Assembly: GCF_001194135.2 (NCBI RefSeq)
Contig: NC_068986.1
Span: 96,767,903 to 96,830,262, forward strand
Length of the DNA: 62,360 nucleotides
Source: Octopus bimaculoides
Taxonomy: Eukaryota
Direction of reading: 5' to 3'
In this document: piece after piece, positions 1 through 12,149 of the stretch
How the letters are laid out: each line of letters starts with the position of its first letter
How positions within the stretch are numbered: position 1 is the first letter of the stretch
Program-made: the position numbers and the translations under genes
The notes under the pieces: generated by a model
The model's database searches: none
Told to the model about the DNA's origin: nothing
The model's input: only the letters and a program-made list of their open reading frames with translations

Positions 1-238
1 TGGCTTGTGCGGGTGGCACATAAAAGACACCATTTCGAGCGTGGCCGTTTTCGTGCGGGTGACACGTAAAAGCACCCACTACACTCTCTGAGTGGTTGGC
101 GTTAGGAAGGGCATCCAGCTGTAGAAACTCTGCAAAATTAGACTGGAGCCTGGTGTTGCCATCCGGTTTCACCAGTCCTCAGTCAAATCGTCCAACCCAT
201 GCTAGCATGGAAAGCGGACGTTAAACGATGATGATGAT
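1..238 (+). mobile_element. 3' end (UTR and (GAT)n tail) of RTE-clade LINE, young copy
   Basis: 32-238 differs at 1 position from 24975-25183, which lies downstream of an RTE ORF2 C-terminus (RLRWYGHVVRMDED). Ends TTAAAC(GAT)n. Confidence 0.85.
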
Positions 239-269
239 ATATATATATATATATATAAATACACACACA

Positions 270-412
270 CACAAACTGTTTTCAGTTCCCACCAATCAAA
301 TCCACCCTCAAGGTTTTGGGTCAAAGTAGGAAACACTTGCCCAATATGCTGTGCAGTGGGACTGAGCCCCAAATAACATGGCTGCTGACTTCTTAACCAC
401 ATAGCCATATAT
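270..412 (-). mobile_element. Degenerate tRNA-derived SINE, family C (CORE-like)
   Basis: Reverse complement resembles the TGGCTGTGTGGTAAG...TTGGGCAAGTGT...GTGGATTTG consensus seen at 40702 and 41241. Confidence 0.6.
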
Positions 413-1485
413 GTATGTATAAATACATACAGAGAGACCGAGAAGAGGAAGATAAGAAAACAGCTGCCCTTACTATTTTTCAGGTAATTTCCCCTTTCTG
501 TAGCTGAATTCTGAGACAAGTATCCACCTGGTTCAATATTCTTAAACATTGATAAATTGTTCCAATAACTAAGTGATGAGAGCTTGTTGGAGAGTTAGTG
601 CTGTTGTTTGACTTATTCCAGTAGACTTATGGCATATAGTAGTTAGCTGTTCTTTAGCCCCAAGTCAACTCTAGTCCAGCAGACCTATGCCTTAAAAGTA
701 ATCAGATGCTGTTTAGTCTCAGGTCAATCTTCATCAGGAAGCAAGCCATGTAAGACATGGCCCATAATCAGATGAACCACACTATTAAAGAAATTTAGGA
801 TAATTTTTCACTGGCATACCATTCAGAAAGATTTGAAAGCTTCAGTTTGCCAACTGATTGGTTCAGACATTGGAAACAAGCTATTGTATACCACAGAGAA
901 TGCAGGATTATGAGAATCTACTTATAAATAGCAATTTAATAAAGAATTACATTTTTGGTTAGAATATGCTTGAAAAGTGCCGTATACTAACCCTACCTTC
1001 AAGCAAAGTCAGTCTGCCACTTCTCTTCCCTTACCAATTTATACTCTCAATATGTAAGGTGAAATATAACATGCTAAAATGTGTAGTTTTGTCTTTTAAT
1101 ACAGATAGAAGTAGAACACCACAAACACAAGTGGACTGAATTAATGAGCTGGATTCATGTTACTGGATCATTTCTCCACATTGCAGCATCAAATTCTATT
1201 AGCATTGACTCTAATCATTCCTATTTTCAAATTAATAAAATAAACACTAAATATTACTCTGATAAATCTGAATATCTCTCCTCTACAAATCGGTAAACTT
1301 ACCTGTGCCAATCACGAAAAATTACTGTTAAAAATATGAAAATACTTTCACACATTTTCTTTGGTCTTAAATTTTATTTTAAAAATTCCTTCATTATTCT
1401 GTCCATTCCATCCAGTTAGTTCACTGCTACACTGAAAATCTTACATTTCATATATATTTCACGATAATTCTCATTGTGATATCAT

Positions 1486-2688
1486 TTATTTAATGTGAAT
1501 AGCAGAGTGTCTATTTAAGTTACTTTTACACGAGAATGCTTTACCACAAATTACACAAGGGAATGGTTTCTCTCCTGTATGAACCAATTTATGTTTTTTC
1601 AAGGTAGAACTTTGTGCAAATGCTTTTCCACAAACATCACAAGGGAATGGTCTTTCTCCAGTATGAACCATTTCATGCTTTAAGAAGTCACAATTATATG
1701 AGAATGTTTTGCCACAAAACTCACACTGATATGGTTTCTCTTCTAAATGCGACTGACTATGCTTGCTTAAAACATCAGTAGATGAAAACGTTTTACCACA
1801 AATTTCACACTGGTGTGCTTCCTCTCCTGTATGAACTGTTTTATGTATCACAACAAATTCTTTCCTTGAGAATGTTTTATCACAAATATCACATTGATAA
1901 ACCTTCTGTTCTGTATGTAATATTTCATGCTTCTTTAAGCTTTTATTACACGAAAATATTTTAGCACAAATTTCACACTGGTAGATTTTGGGTTTTTTGT
2001 GAATTTTTTTATGATTTCTTAAGTCAATATTAGATGAGAATGATTCACCACAAACATCACATTGAGATGGTTTCTCTGTATGAGTGAGTGCATGCTTCCT
2101 CAAGTTACCTTTTAATGAAAATGTTTTACCACAAATCTCACAATAAAATGGTTTTTCTCCAGTATGAACCAATTCATGTGTTTTTAAGTGACCACTACGA
2201 GAGAATGCTCGACCACAAATATCACATTGGTATGGTTTCTCCCCCGTGTGGATTAATACATGTTTTGTTAAAGCACTATTAGACGAGAATGCTTTGGCAC
2301 AGATTTCACACTGGTATGGACGCTCCCCTGTATGAGTCATCTTATGACTCCTTAAATTACAACTCAGTGAGAAGGCTTTACCACAAATATCACACTGGTA
2401 AGGTTTCTCTCCGGTATGGATCATTTCATGTCTCTTTAAATGACCACTCAATAAAAAAGCTTTACCACAAATCTCACACTGGTGTGGTTTTTCACCTGTG
2501 TGTATTAATTTATGCTTCCATAAATTATAGTTCTGTGAAAATGCTTTACCACAAATATCACAGTGGAAAGGTTTCTCATCTGCATGAATCATTTTATGCC
2601 TCTTTAAACTACTATTAGCTGAGAATGTTTTCCCACATATTTCACAATTATATGATCTTTTGTCTTTGTGGACCATTTCTGCTGCCAT
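1486..2688 (-). CDS. ZNF-1: C2H2 zinc-finger protein, 14 tandem fingers, 400 aa
   Basis: 14 C-x2-C-x12-H-x3-H units with mostly TGE[KR]P[YF] linkers. ATG start; in-frame upstream TAA at 2734-2736. Confidence 0.95.
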   Translation of the reverse strand: MAAEMVHKDKRSYNCEICGKTFSANSSLKRHKMIHADEKPFHCDICGKAFSQNYNLWKHKLIHTGEKPHQCEICGKAFLLSGHLKRHEMIHTGEKPYQCDICGKAFSLSCNLRSHKMTHTGERPYQCEICAKAFSSNSALTKHVLIHTGEKPYQCDICGRAFSRSGHLKTHELVHTGEKPFYCEICGKTFSLKGNLRKHALTHTEKPSQCDVCGESFSSNIDLRNHKKIHKKPKIYQCEICAKIFSCNKSLKKHEILHTEQKVYQCDICDKTFSRKEFVVIHKTVHTGEEAHQCEICGKTFSSTDVLSKHSQSHLEEKPYQCEFCGKTFSYNCDFLKHEMVHTGERPFPCDVCGKAFAQSSTLKKHKLVHTGEKPFPCVICGKAFSCKSNLNRHSAIHIK

Positions 2689-2868
2689 ACTTTGAAATTC
2701 ACAGAAGTATAATATTAAGCAATATTCTCCAGTTTATATAATCAAAACATCTATTTCATTCAAAAGTGCATGTTTACATATATCCTCAGAGAAACAAAGA
2801 ACTTAACAGTTGATTTATTATTCCAGAAACACTTGTTTTTGATGTTTTTCTTCTTTTCGAAAACATTT

Positions 2869-2883
2869 CCTGAAATACAACAA
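2869..2883 (-). other. Predicted 3' splice acceptor of the ZNF-1 coding exon (TTGTTGTATTTCAG|G; exon starts at 2869)
   Basis: Identical 15-mer lies upstream of all four ZNF ORFs; pyrimidine tract plus CAG|G. Confidence 0.8.
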
Positions 2884-3559
2884 AATCAACATGTGGTTAA
2901 TGATAAAACTTCAAGGAATATAACATGAAGCATTCACAACGAAACATGCTCCTTATCATCATCCAGGGATATCAATAATAAAACAAAACTCTACAGCGTG
3001 ACAAGCGCATTTCATCACTGTAACTTTCAAGAAATGCTGTAACTAAAAAACGAGATATGAAACTCATTTTAAACTAAAAGAAAAATATGAACATGGTTAG
3101 TATCAGCCACAGAATATTCAGAGTTTCCAAACTTCAAACGATATCACCATAAAAGGGTGGCTACTGTGTTGTACACAATTTCAACGTCTACGTTTCTGAA
3201 ACGCATATCACAATAAACTCAATAAATTGATGCATCACTGAACAATGTCAATGTTGACACATCACTGAATTATACAAGTCAACAGTAAAACACATGCTAT
3301 ATATATACCAATATTTTAATCTATAGCAACTGTAAACAAAACCGGCCAACGAAGGTGCTTTATGTGGTCAGTTGGCCTGCTAAAAATATAAACCTGATCT
3401 TCCTCAAATAAAACTAGATGTCTTAAAAAGAGAATGACACATTGAATAATGTAGTTCGGGTACACTATTTCTGAAAAAATAAATGGACATGATTGTCATG
3501 GCTAGAATACCCTGTTTGGTCAGGACTGGAATGAAACTATTTAATAACAGACAAAAGAC

Positions 3560-3569
3560 ATCTTACCTC
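3560..3569 (-). other. Predicted splice donor of a non-coding ZNF-1 exon (GAG|GTAAGAT)
   Basis: Strong donor consensus; the same 10-mer lies upstream of ZNF-3 and ZNF-4. Confidence 0.6.
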
Positions 3570-3740
3570 AACATACTAGTTTCTATTTCTGAAGCTTAAA
3601 CAAAAACATACCCCTTCTTTATATTTCTTAAATACCCAACATTTGCTGCTATCACACATGTACTTATATTTCAGGATGATGTCTGAAATAACGAAGCAGT
3701 AGAAACATGAAGAAGTCCCAATACAGAAATGGTGTGGACG

Positions 3741-3863
3741 ACCGGAAGTACAGAACAAACTAACCGATAAAAAAATTAATAACAATGAGAATTATAGCAT
3801 ATTTCGCTTTTCTAGCTTTAACTCCACCAGGGAAATACTCGACTGAGTACCGTATTGGCCAAT
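3741..3863 (-). promoter_or_regulatory. Putative ZNF-1 promoter (ETS-type ACCGGAAGTA 3741-3750; palindromic ATTGGCCAAT 3854-3863)
   Basis: Motifs lie just upstream of the predicted non-coding exon; the same ETS 10-mer lies upstream of ZNF-2. Confidence 0.45.
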
Positions 3864-4489
3864 AAGCACTTTTCTTAAAGTGGTAAATTGTGATTTAACG
3901 AAGATTCAGTTGCTATTTCCAACAGATTGAACGACCATATAGATGCTTCTTCTTGTGACGAAACGACTCTGTATCTTTTATCTTTTGCTTTTTTATCATT
4001 GGAGTGCGACCACGCTGAGCCACTGCCTCGAAGGGTTTCAGTCAAATTGATCCAAGTCCTCATTTTATTAAAGCCTGATACTCATTCTACCAATCTTACA
4101 TGCCGAACCGCTTTCACGGGGACGTAAATAAATCAACACCGGTTGTCAAGCGGTGGCGGTAGAGAACAAACACCAAAACACGCACACAATGCTTCTTTGA
4201 TGTATTGAAAGACATTTATTTCGTACTGCACGAATAACAACCCACGCACTTTGACTCCAAAATAATACAATCCAGTAGAATCCTTTAAAGGAACAGGCAA
4301 ATTAGACAGTTGACTGGCATGATCTCATTCGTTTATAACTCACAAAACTATTTCCCAAACACACACATAAACATAACAGTAAATGAATTTTCCATCTATT
4401 TCAACGATGAGTATTCCCTGTTTTTGATCAACTCAAAATAGTTGCGTATTCCATACATGCACGCGCGCGTAAGTGTGTGTATATATATA

Positions 4490-4604
4490 TGGGAGAATAT
4501 ACAAAAAATAACAACAGACGAGGACAGGTGGTGTAAATAACAAAAGTATATATTAGTATGACGCTCGGGAATACGGAAAGTCTTTGACGTTTCGAGCTAC
4601 GCTC
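4490..4604 (-). mobile_element. Penelope-like terminal-repeat fragment with the 3' half of a hammerhead motif (runs into gap)
   Basis: Minus strand reads GAGC-GTA-GCTC GAAA CGT C AAAG; related to 26717-26830. Confidence 0.55.
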
Positions 4605-5174
4605 NNNNNNNNNNNNNNNNNNNNNNNNNNNNNNNNNNNNNNNNNNNNNNNNNNNNNNNNNNNNNNNNNNNNNNNNNNNNNNNNNNNNNNNNNNNNNNNN
4701 NNNNNNNNNNNNNNNNNNNNNNNNNNNNNNNNNNNNNNNNNNNNNNNNNNNNNNNNNNNNNNNNNNNNNNNNNNNNNNNNNNNNNNNNNNNNNNNNNNNN
4801 NNNNNNNNNNNNNNNNNNNNNNNNNNNNNNNNNNNNNNNNNNNNNNNNNNNNNNNGAAAGTTATTAATTAAAATTGACTGAGTGATCATATTTCTCAATA
4901 TAAAATGCAGCCTTAGTTTTGAAATAGGTATGGTAATATTGGTTTCAAATTTTGACACAATGCCCGGGTGTGGTTTCGATCCTAAAGGAGTGGTGAGTTG
5001 ATTATATCGACCCTAAAATGATGAAAGGTAAAGTCAACTTCGGTGGAATTTGAACTCTAAACGAAATGCTGCAAAGCATTTTGCTCGGCGTGCCAACGAT
5101 TCCACCAGCTCACCACCTTAAGAAGTTGTAGTAATATAAAAAAAAATGTTATTGAACAAAAGAGAAAAAAGGCA

Positions 5175-5309
5175 AATTTTCAGATTAACACCCGCACGAT
5201 CTTCACTAGGGTTAGTGTTTTAGGGTCAGGGTTAGGGTTAGGGACGGAATTCCCTAACCGTAACCCTAAAACCCTAGTGAAAATCGTGTGGGTGTTAATC
5301 TGAAAAATT
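5175..5309. repeat. Fold-back (MITE-like) palindrome containing TTAGGG-like repeats
   Basis: TTTTCAGATTAACACCCGCACGATCTTCACTAGGGTT... pairs with ...AACCCTAGTGAAAATCGTGTGGGTGTTAATCTGAAAA; the centre is TTAGGG/CCCTAA units. Confidence 0.85.
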
Positions 5310-5854
5310 ACCAGAAAAAATATATACACTCTAATATTCAAAGAAAGTATTGTTTGAAACACATTATCATCATCACCACTTCCACCATCATCATTTAACG
5401 TCCGTTTTCATGTTGACATGGGTTGGACAGTTCGTTCAGAGATGGCAAGTAGAAGAGCTGCACCAGGTTCCATTCTTATTTGGCTTGGTTTCTATGGCTG
5501 GATGACCTTCCTAACACCAACCATTTTATAATATGTGTGCTGGGAGGTTTTAATGTGGCACTAGCACAAGAGCCAGCACAGGACTCTTTGCAGATTAATC
5601 CTCTTTGCCAGTGGGGAGTGGCTTTAACACTTCAGCTGTGGAGAATGGATTTTATCTTTTGAACAGATACGACTGATTTGTTAAACTGACAGATGTAACC
5701 ATCAATTGTTTTAGTTCATTAGCTTTTTCTCTTTATATTTTCTACCAAGTGAGCTCTAAAGGAATCTTAGAGTAGAGAAACCATTTTAAAAATAAACCTT
5801 ACTGGATATATCAACAAATTTTAAAAAATAAAAATATCCTTTTTATCCATCCTT

Positions 5855-6078
5855 TCATTCTTTATTGCCCACAAGGGGCTAAACATAGAGGGGACAAACA
5901 AGGACAGACGAACGGATTAAGTCTATTACATCGATCCCAGTGCGTAACTGGTACTTAATTTATCGACCCCAAAAGGATGAAAGGCAAAGTCAACCTCGGT
6001 GGAATTTGAACTCAGAACGTAACGGCAGACGAAATACTGCTAAGCATTTCGCCCGGCGTGCTAACGATTCTGCCACCA
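5855..6078 (-). mobile_element. tRNA-derived SINE, family B
   Basis: Head GGCAGAATCGTTAGCACGCCGGGCGAAATG...GAGTTCAAATTCC, central GCCTTTCATCCTTTTGGGGTCGATAAATTAAGTACC. Other copies at about 4965-5120, 42601-42802 and 47985-48102. Confidence 0.8.
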
Positions 6079-6809
6079 CCCTCGACATGCACATAAACCA
6101 TAGTTTTTATTTTAAAAATTAAAATTTTGTTCTATCAGCACAAATATATACCACTGTATGCATTTTCTTACATCCAGTAATCTTAATAGTAATAGTTTTA
6201 CTACCTTTTATATATGTAGCTTTATTACATATGCTTTAAGTATGTATTCTCATACATATAGTTACATATCTAGACATGCTCATATATATTTAAATGATAA
6301 ACTTCTGGAAAGTTTTACAAATTTTTACAGTTCCAGTGATGGGTTGGATCTGTAGCCTTCGAATTAGCTTTCTCCTTTCTGGTTTTGAGAAGCTTAATTT
6401 CTCAAGATTGGTATTTAGGCAGTGTTACATATCCATATATATGTATGTATCTATGTATGTATGAAAGAGAAAGAAAGAAATTGTATACAATGCTCAGGTG
6501 CACTACAACTAAAAAAAAGAAAGCCACCAGGTGTACTGAAAAAACCCATCATGTGTACGGCTTTCCGGAAGCATGGAAGTTTTGAAGGATGTATGTATGC
6601 ATGTATGAACCTATTTATGTATTATGTACCTGTGTGTGTGTGACGACTGCATTGTTTTGAAGCTCGATAAAACCATTAAGTCCTTTTATATATAACAGAA
6701 ACTAAATTAATAGTTGCATAGATGTTAAGCTACGTATCAGGAAAACTTGGGCAGCACTTAAAAGTCTCAGCATGACACGGAAATATTAACTTGATATAAG
6801 ATAATATTA

Positions 6810-7190
6810 AATAATATTCCACCTCATTTTTGATAACATTATCCAATCTATTTGGCACATTTTTGATTACACAGGTATAAATTTTTGTGTTTCGAAGCAA
6901 AAACAACCTCTTCACAGTTAATAAATTGTTTTCCTTCTAATCGTCGAACTGGTCTGAAAATATGATAGTCAGATTGAGCAAAATCAGAGTAAGAAGGTTG
7001 AGGCAAAACTTCCACTTTTAGTGCCATAATCTTTTCTTGAATGACATGGGCAAGAGGTGGTCTGCGTCATCGTGTAAGAACAACACCCTTTTATGACAGA
7101 CCAATATGGGTGCTTTTTCTGCAAATCTTTGTGCAATGCTTCTATTTGACAACAATGTTTGTCCGCATTAACTATTTCGTTTTAGTTCAA
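6810..7190 (-). mobile_element. Decayed mariner transposase C-terminal fragment
   Basis: Manual translation across frameshifts: VLFLHDDA..., LPQPSYSDFAQSDYHIFR, NRLDNVIKNEVEYY. Confidence 0.7.
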
Positions 7191-7485
7191 CATTTCATAC
7201 TATAAAGTGTTAAACCTTTTTTCACTTGCGGTACACTTATATTCTTTTCAAAATTCGGCGGCATACCTGAACTAAATATATAACTAAAAGTATAGAGAAA
7301 AAAAATTATATTCAGATTACACTGCGACGCACCTAGCATCGTCTCGTGTCGCGGCATACCGGTTGCGGAGAACTGTAATAAACGATACCCTTCATATCCC
7401 ATCAAATACAGAGTATAACTTTGTTTTCTGGTGTAGTCCTGGTTTGGTGATGTATTATCTTGTAGCGTAATTCTCTCTCTCACTC

Positions 7486-8444
7486 TGTTATATATACATG
7501 GATACGGACGTAGTGCTTAACAGCTAGCCTTCGGCCGCACTTTTGGATCCTGTTGGATCCACTCTGATTGGATGGTATTGGCGCATTTTGTCTCCTGTTC
7601 TATTGCGTGCCAATATGCAACCCAACCAATCGCAGCCTTCAAATAAGGTCACGTGGGACAGTTTTCTGAACCCCAGTGTGAACCGATAAGATATTATATA
7701 AATAGCCAGCTTTTTCACCGTCATAGTTTGTCAGCCTTCTCCGCTCCAGACCTCCTGAGGTCTAGCTGCTGACCACAGAGCACACAGCCAGTTCTAGCGA
7801 CGACACAACAGCAGCTTCATGGAGAAAACCAACTCTTCGTCCAGCATTCAGGACCTCCAGCTTCTTTGCGTCTACATCAACTTCTCTACGTATACACCAC
7901 CAACAACACTCGCACAGGTTCTCTCCACAGTTTGTGAATTACTTCACCGTGGTTAACAGCGAGTACAACCTGCAACGACCGCCTGTACCAAGTAACCGGC
8001 CGCAGCATTGAAGCCTCAACTTATTATACATGTCTCTTCCCGGCTCTGCCTTGCCGCCACAACTTCTTGTTACAGCACCTCAACTACTGTGTACCTTGAG
8101 TACGAACTGGTATTTACCATCCTTGTGCCTGAACTTTATTCTAACGTCCTAATAGACTCTTTTCTATGCTCTGTATTTCTCGCACACACATACATCTGTT
8201 TGTATACACATACACGTTGTATACATGACGGCTTGTCTATTATTGTGTTTATATGTCGCACACACACACACACATACATGTTGACATATCAATAAAACCT
8301 GTTAAACCTTCTAACGGTTGTGTCTCTCTTTTCCTTTCGACACTCATACTCATTTATCCTCTATTCGTATATTATTTGTATCGACCGTGCGATGTGCTAA
8401 AAGAACCATTCCTCGTTACCTCTCCTGGTCGCACGGTCGTTACA
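7486..8444 (+). mobile_element. LTR-like repeat (TG...CA, ~960 bp)
   Basis: CCAAT 7626, CACGTG 7650, TATATAAATA 7695, AATAAA 8291; ends CGCACGGTCGTTACA. That end is shared by a minus copy at 47187, and the body is shared with 61655-62059. Left boundary uncertain. Confidence 0.55.
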
Positions 8445-9499
8445 GTCTCTTTTCACCGGGTGCTAACCATTGTCGTTTCCGTTGGATATATTTACAGAAA
8501 ACCCACATTTCATCACCTGTGGTGATTCTACCTAGGAAAGTTTCGGTAGCAAGTCTACTCTTGAATGACGAGCGAAGAGTAGCATTTTTTCAAAAAGCTG
8601 AGAAGCATTCAGGCGATGAAGGGCCCACTGACTACATTTGAACACCTTTCCAAGCTCATGAAGCCATTTTCTGATCGAAGTGGAACTTGGATTCAACTGT
8701 TTCGTGCTAATTTTCGTGCAGTCTGCTTTGATTTTCTTTATCTAAAGTTTCAGAAGTTCGATATTGACAGAACTTGGCCGTCCAGACGGAGGGGAAGCTG
8801 TAAAAGAAAAACTTCCCAGGCAACACTGGCCAAACCAGGGTTGACATATTCATACACTTAAAGCTTCATTTCCATACAGAACGAATATTTCTTGTCGCTT
8901 TTATTGCTGAAGGGCTTCTTTTGAATTCATAAAGCATGCAGTGTCTGATGTCTAAACGCATTTCAACGGGTAAAATCGTTACATATTTAACCACTACGAC
9001 ATACATGCATGCGCACACATACACGATCATACATACATACATACAAATATGTAGACAGACAGATAGATGGATAGGTAGATAATAAATAAACTCTCATGTA
9101 CACACACATACATATGTGTATGTGTGTGTGCATGTGTAATCAGATTTGGAACGATAAAGAATTTAAAAGTAAATGTTTGTTAAGTATTACAAATATAATT
9201 ATGATGTCAGCGATAGTTGCGTACATAATAACGATGATGCTGTTAGCCATAGTTATGACCACGGTCTGGATTGATTTCGCTGTGCCTCTCCAGGACAGCT
9301 CTGATCTATTTGGCTGTCATATTTATAACGGACGAACATACAGACGCGATCAATTAATCGCTTGAAACATTTCTCTGCGTCGAATTTTGAATAATAGACC
9401 AGCATTCTAATCACTTTCAAACCAGTGAAATCCCTTCTCTGTTTTGTGGTACCCATTATTCCTCCAGCTTCTATGCACACATAAGAAAATTTGAAGATT

Positions 9500-9790
9500 T
9501 TGCTGCCACCAAATCTGACTGGTCGAGAGACCGCGTGGAGACTCCTGGACGATGTTGATGATGATAGTTATGATGTTGATGATAATGATGTTGATAAGGA
9601 GAAGAAAGAGAAGGAGGGGAAGATGGAAAGGCGTAGTTATTATCAAGTAAGTATTGCTGATGTTAATTATGACCACAATGTTGATGACTATAATCATCGT
9701 TGTGATTAGGATTATAATTATGATTTGTTGATGGTGATGATGATGTTGACATGACAACGAGGAGAGTGATTATGAGAAACGACGCGAAAC
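9500..9790. repeat. Degenerate (GAT)n/(GAA)n low-complexity tract
   Basis: Visible trinucleotide periodicity; explains the spurious Asp/Ile/His-rich ORFs. Confidence 0.8.
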
Positions 9791-11233
9791 CGATGACATA
9801 TGATGGTCTTAAAAGTAATCTTAAAATGTTTAATTCTACTATAGTATTGACCCTTTATTTGCAAAAATCTTATCAAAATGGTGTACATCTATTCTCATTT
9901 ATCGCGAGAGTTTTAGTTTTTTTTTTAAAGACAGTGATAAATGTATCCTCTCCACGCACTTTGTAAATGGAACGAATGATAAATTCATTGGCACCAAACT
10001 CACGGCCCACAGCAGCGAAGTTTCCAGTCATATTTTCTTGATCATCTCTTTTCCTGTAGAGAATAGACCCATCTGTCTTCGTCCTTTGTTAGCATCAGGC
10101 GCCTTCGTATTTTCTTGTTCACTGGCGGGTGAGTGTTATATAAATCTTTATAAAAGTTATGCAGCCTCGTAAACAAGTCATGTAAACACAAGCGATAATT
10201 AGTGCCTTCTGGGCAACTGAGCATTGCGGGTGATTGTCGGGGCACGCTTCAGTGGACCAAGCAGAATCTTCGGTTGATCGCTACTCGTATTATCACAGAT
10301 CAGTCCGTGATAAGTATAACTTCGTTCACAATTAAGCACATTGTGTTGCATTTATCGAAGAGGAGATTATGTTTCTGAAAAAAATTTCAAAAAATTTTTG
10401 TAAGAATTTTTTTTCTTCTTCTAAATATGCGGAAAAATACGGACATTATGATTCGGACAAAACTTTCAAAAACATTTCTGTAGTTACGGTTAGTGTTGGG
10501 GAAAAAAGTAAAAATTGAAGAATTTTTTTTGGGGGGGGGATTTAACAATGCCGATTTTTGGCAATTTTCCGGAACGTCCCTATCCAAAAACGGGGGTTTT
10601 TGACAAAAAAAACTAACAAATTTGGGAGAAAATGGTGGGAGGGGGGGGGCGGCGGAAGTCTTTCCAAGAATGTAATGCATGTCTCACATAAGACATAATC
10701 GTTTCCATATGTCATTATTTTCTCTATGGTTAACAAATACCAGAATATTCAGCTCAGTATTTCCTTTTCAGTCCTGTGAATACACTAGAGCAATCAGGGG
10801 CAAAGTGCAGCCCGTGGGACTTTCTGAATGGCCTGCCTAATTTGATGAGGAAAATAGCATTTATCAAAATTACCCGCTTCTCAAAAAAGTCTACCCATGC
10901 CTGCTCTAGATTTATATTTTTTTACGTTTACACCAAAATATTCTCAAATCACACCTTACTTAATATACATTATGTTGCACTAAAACGTAGCTTGTTCTCA
11001 GTTAGAACGCTTTAATCTGTTCAATTACGTCTTACCAAGTATTAAACATCACAAAAATTATTTCATAAATTGCTGTTTAACCCCAGATCAGCCTTTATCA
11101 AGAAGACTGTGAGCAAAGGCATTCCAGCTATTACCATCCCACCTTTTTCCTGTATGCAAGGGACTCTGGTCTGCATTATCTAGCATGTCCCTTTTAAAGA
11201 TAATGGGATGATTTGAAGATTTGACTGTTATTT

Positions 11234-11613
11234 TTGTTGTTGTTGGCACTCCGTCACTTATGACGTCGAGGGTTCCAGTTGATCCGATCAACGGAACAGC
11301 CTGCTCGTGAAATTATCGTGCAAGTGGCTGAGCACTCCACAGACATGTGTACCCTTAATGTATTTCTTGGGGATATTCAGTGTGACAAGGCTGACCCTTT
11401 GAATTACAGGCACAACAGAAACAGGAAGTAAGAGTGAGAGAAAGTTGTGGTGGAAGAGTACAGCAGGGTTCGCCACCATCCCCTGCCGGAGCCTCGTGGA
11501 GCTTTAGGTGTTTTCGCTCAATAAACACTCACAACGCCCGGTCTGGGAATCGAAACCGCGATCCTATGACCACGAGTCCACTGCCCTAACCACTGGGCCA
11601 TTGCGCCTCCACT
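11234..11613 (-). mobile_element. tRNA-derived SINE, family A, full length
   Basis: Head GTGGAGGCGCAATGGCCCAGTGGTTAGGGCAG...GGTTTCGATTCCC, (ACA)n tail, ~11-bp TSD ACTGTTATTTT. Confidence 0.9.
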
Positions 11614-12149
11614 GTTATTTTATCAGACTGAATAACCACTAGTCTCTCTTGTTGACTCATGTTTTATTAAGTCAGTCAACAGAAGAAAGACAGTATCCAT
11701 GATCTACATCAATATCAGAACAATGAAGAATGCCTCAGTGTATCAGCCTGCAAGCTTGTCCCCTACAAACTATAGTCAATCCTTTTTGGTCCCTTACCAA
11801 AAAGAATCTCTCCCAATTCAGTGGAATCTGCCTTTTGTTCATTTCACTACCATGTTTCTGTAAGTAGGAATTCCTATAGAAGCTTTCACATTTGCTGCAT
11901 ACTTGATTTCACACTCTGGATAATTCTCCAGCAAAACTATCCTTTTCCACTCCACCAAACTCACCACTGTGCACAAACATACAAGGTGCAAAATTACCAC
12001 TGATCACTTTAAACCAACAGAGCTACCATTCCTGATAATGTCCCTTTCATTATCTCAAGTAATATATCCCAAAGAGGATAAAGACTAACCTTTATCCTCA
12101 CTAAACTTTTTAATCTCTCTCTCTCTCTCTCTCCCAATATATCTTGTTC

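Noticed and set aside
1295-1303. Strong donor CAG|GTAAGT 183 nt after the ZNF-1 stop (possible NMD-inducing 3' UTR intron)
   Set aside because: A single 9-mer is expected by chance at this window size, and no convincing partner acceptor was seen.
1782-2618. Plus-strand ORFs with repeated FYHK/YHTG motifs (also 17463, 27568)
   Set aside because: Antisense shadows of the 84-nt finger repeat.
1486-2688. 84-nt periodic direct repeats resembling a repeat-spacer array
   Set aside because: These are zinc-finger codons in a eukaryotic gene; no CRISPR array or cas genes.
8445-8870. Possible gag-like remnant (EKHSGDEGPTDYI) after the LTR-like repeat
   Set aside because: No primer-binding site and too decayed to call.
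10380-10720. G/A homopolymer-rich segment with Pro/Phe-rich ORFs
   Set aside because: Looks like low-quality sequence with inflated homopolymers; no coherent protein.
11540-11613. tRNA-like sequences (also 22415-22489, 53821-53895 and other SINE heads)
   Set aside because: They continue into SINE bodies with TSDs; not tRNA genes.
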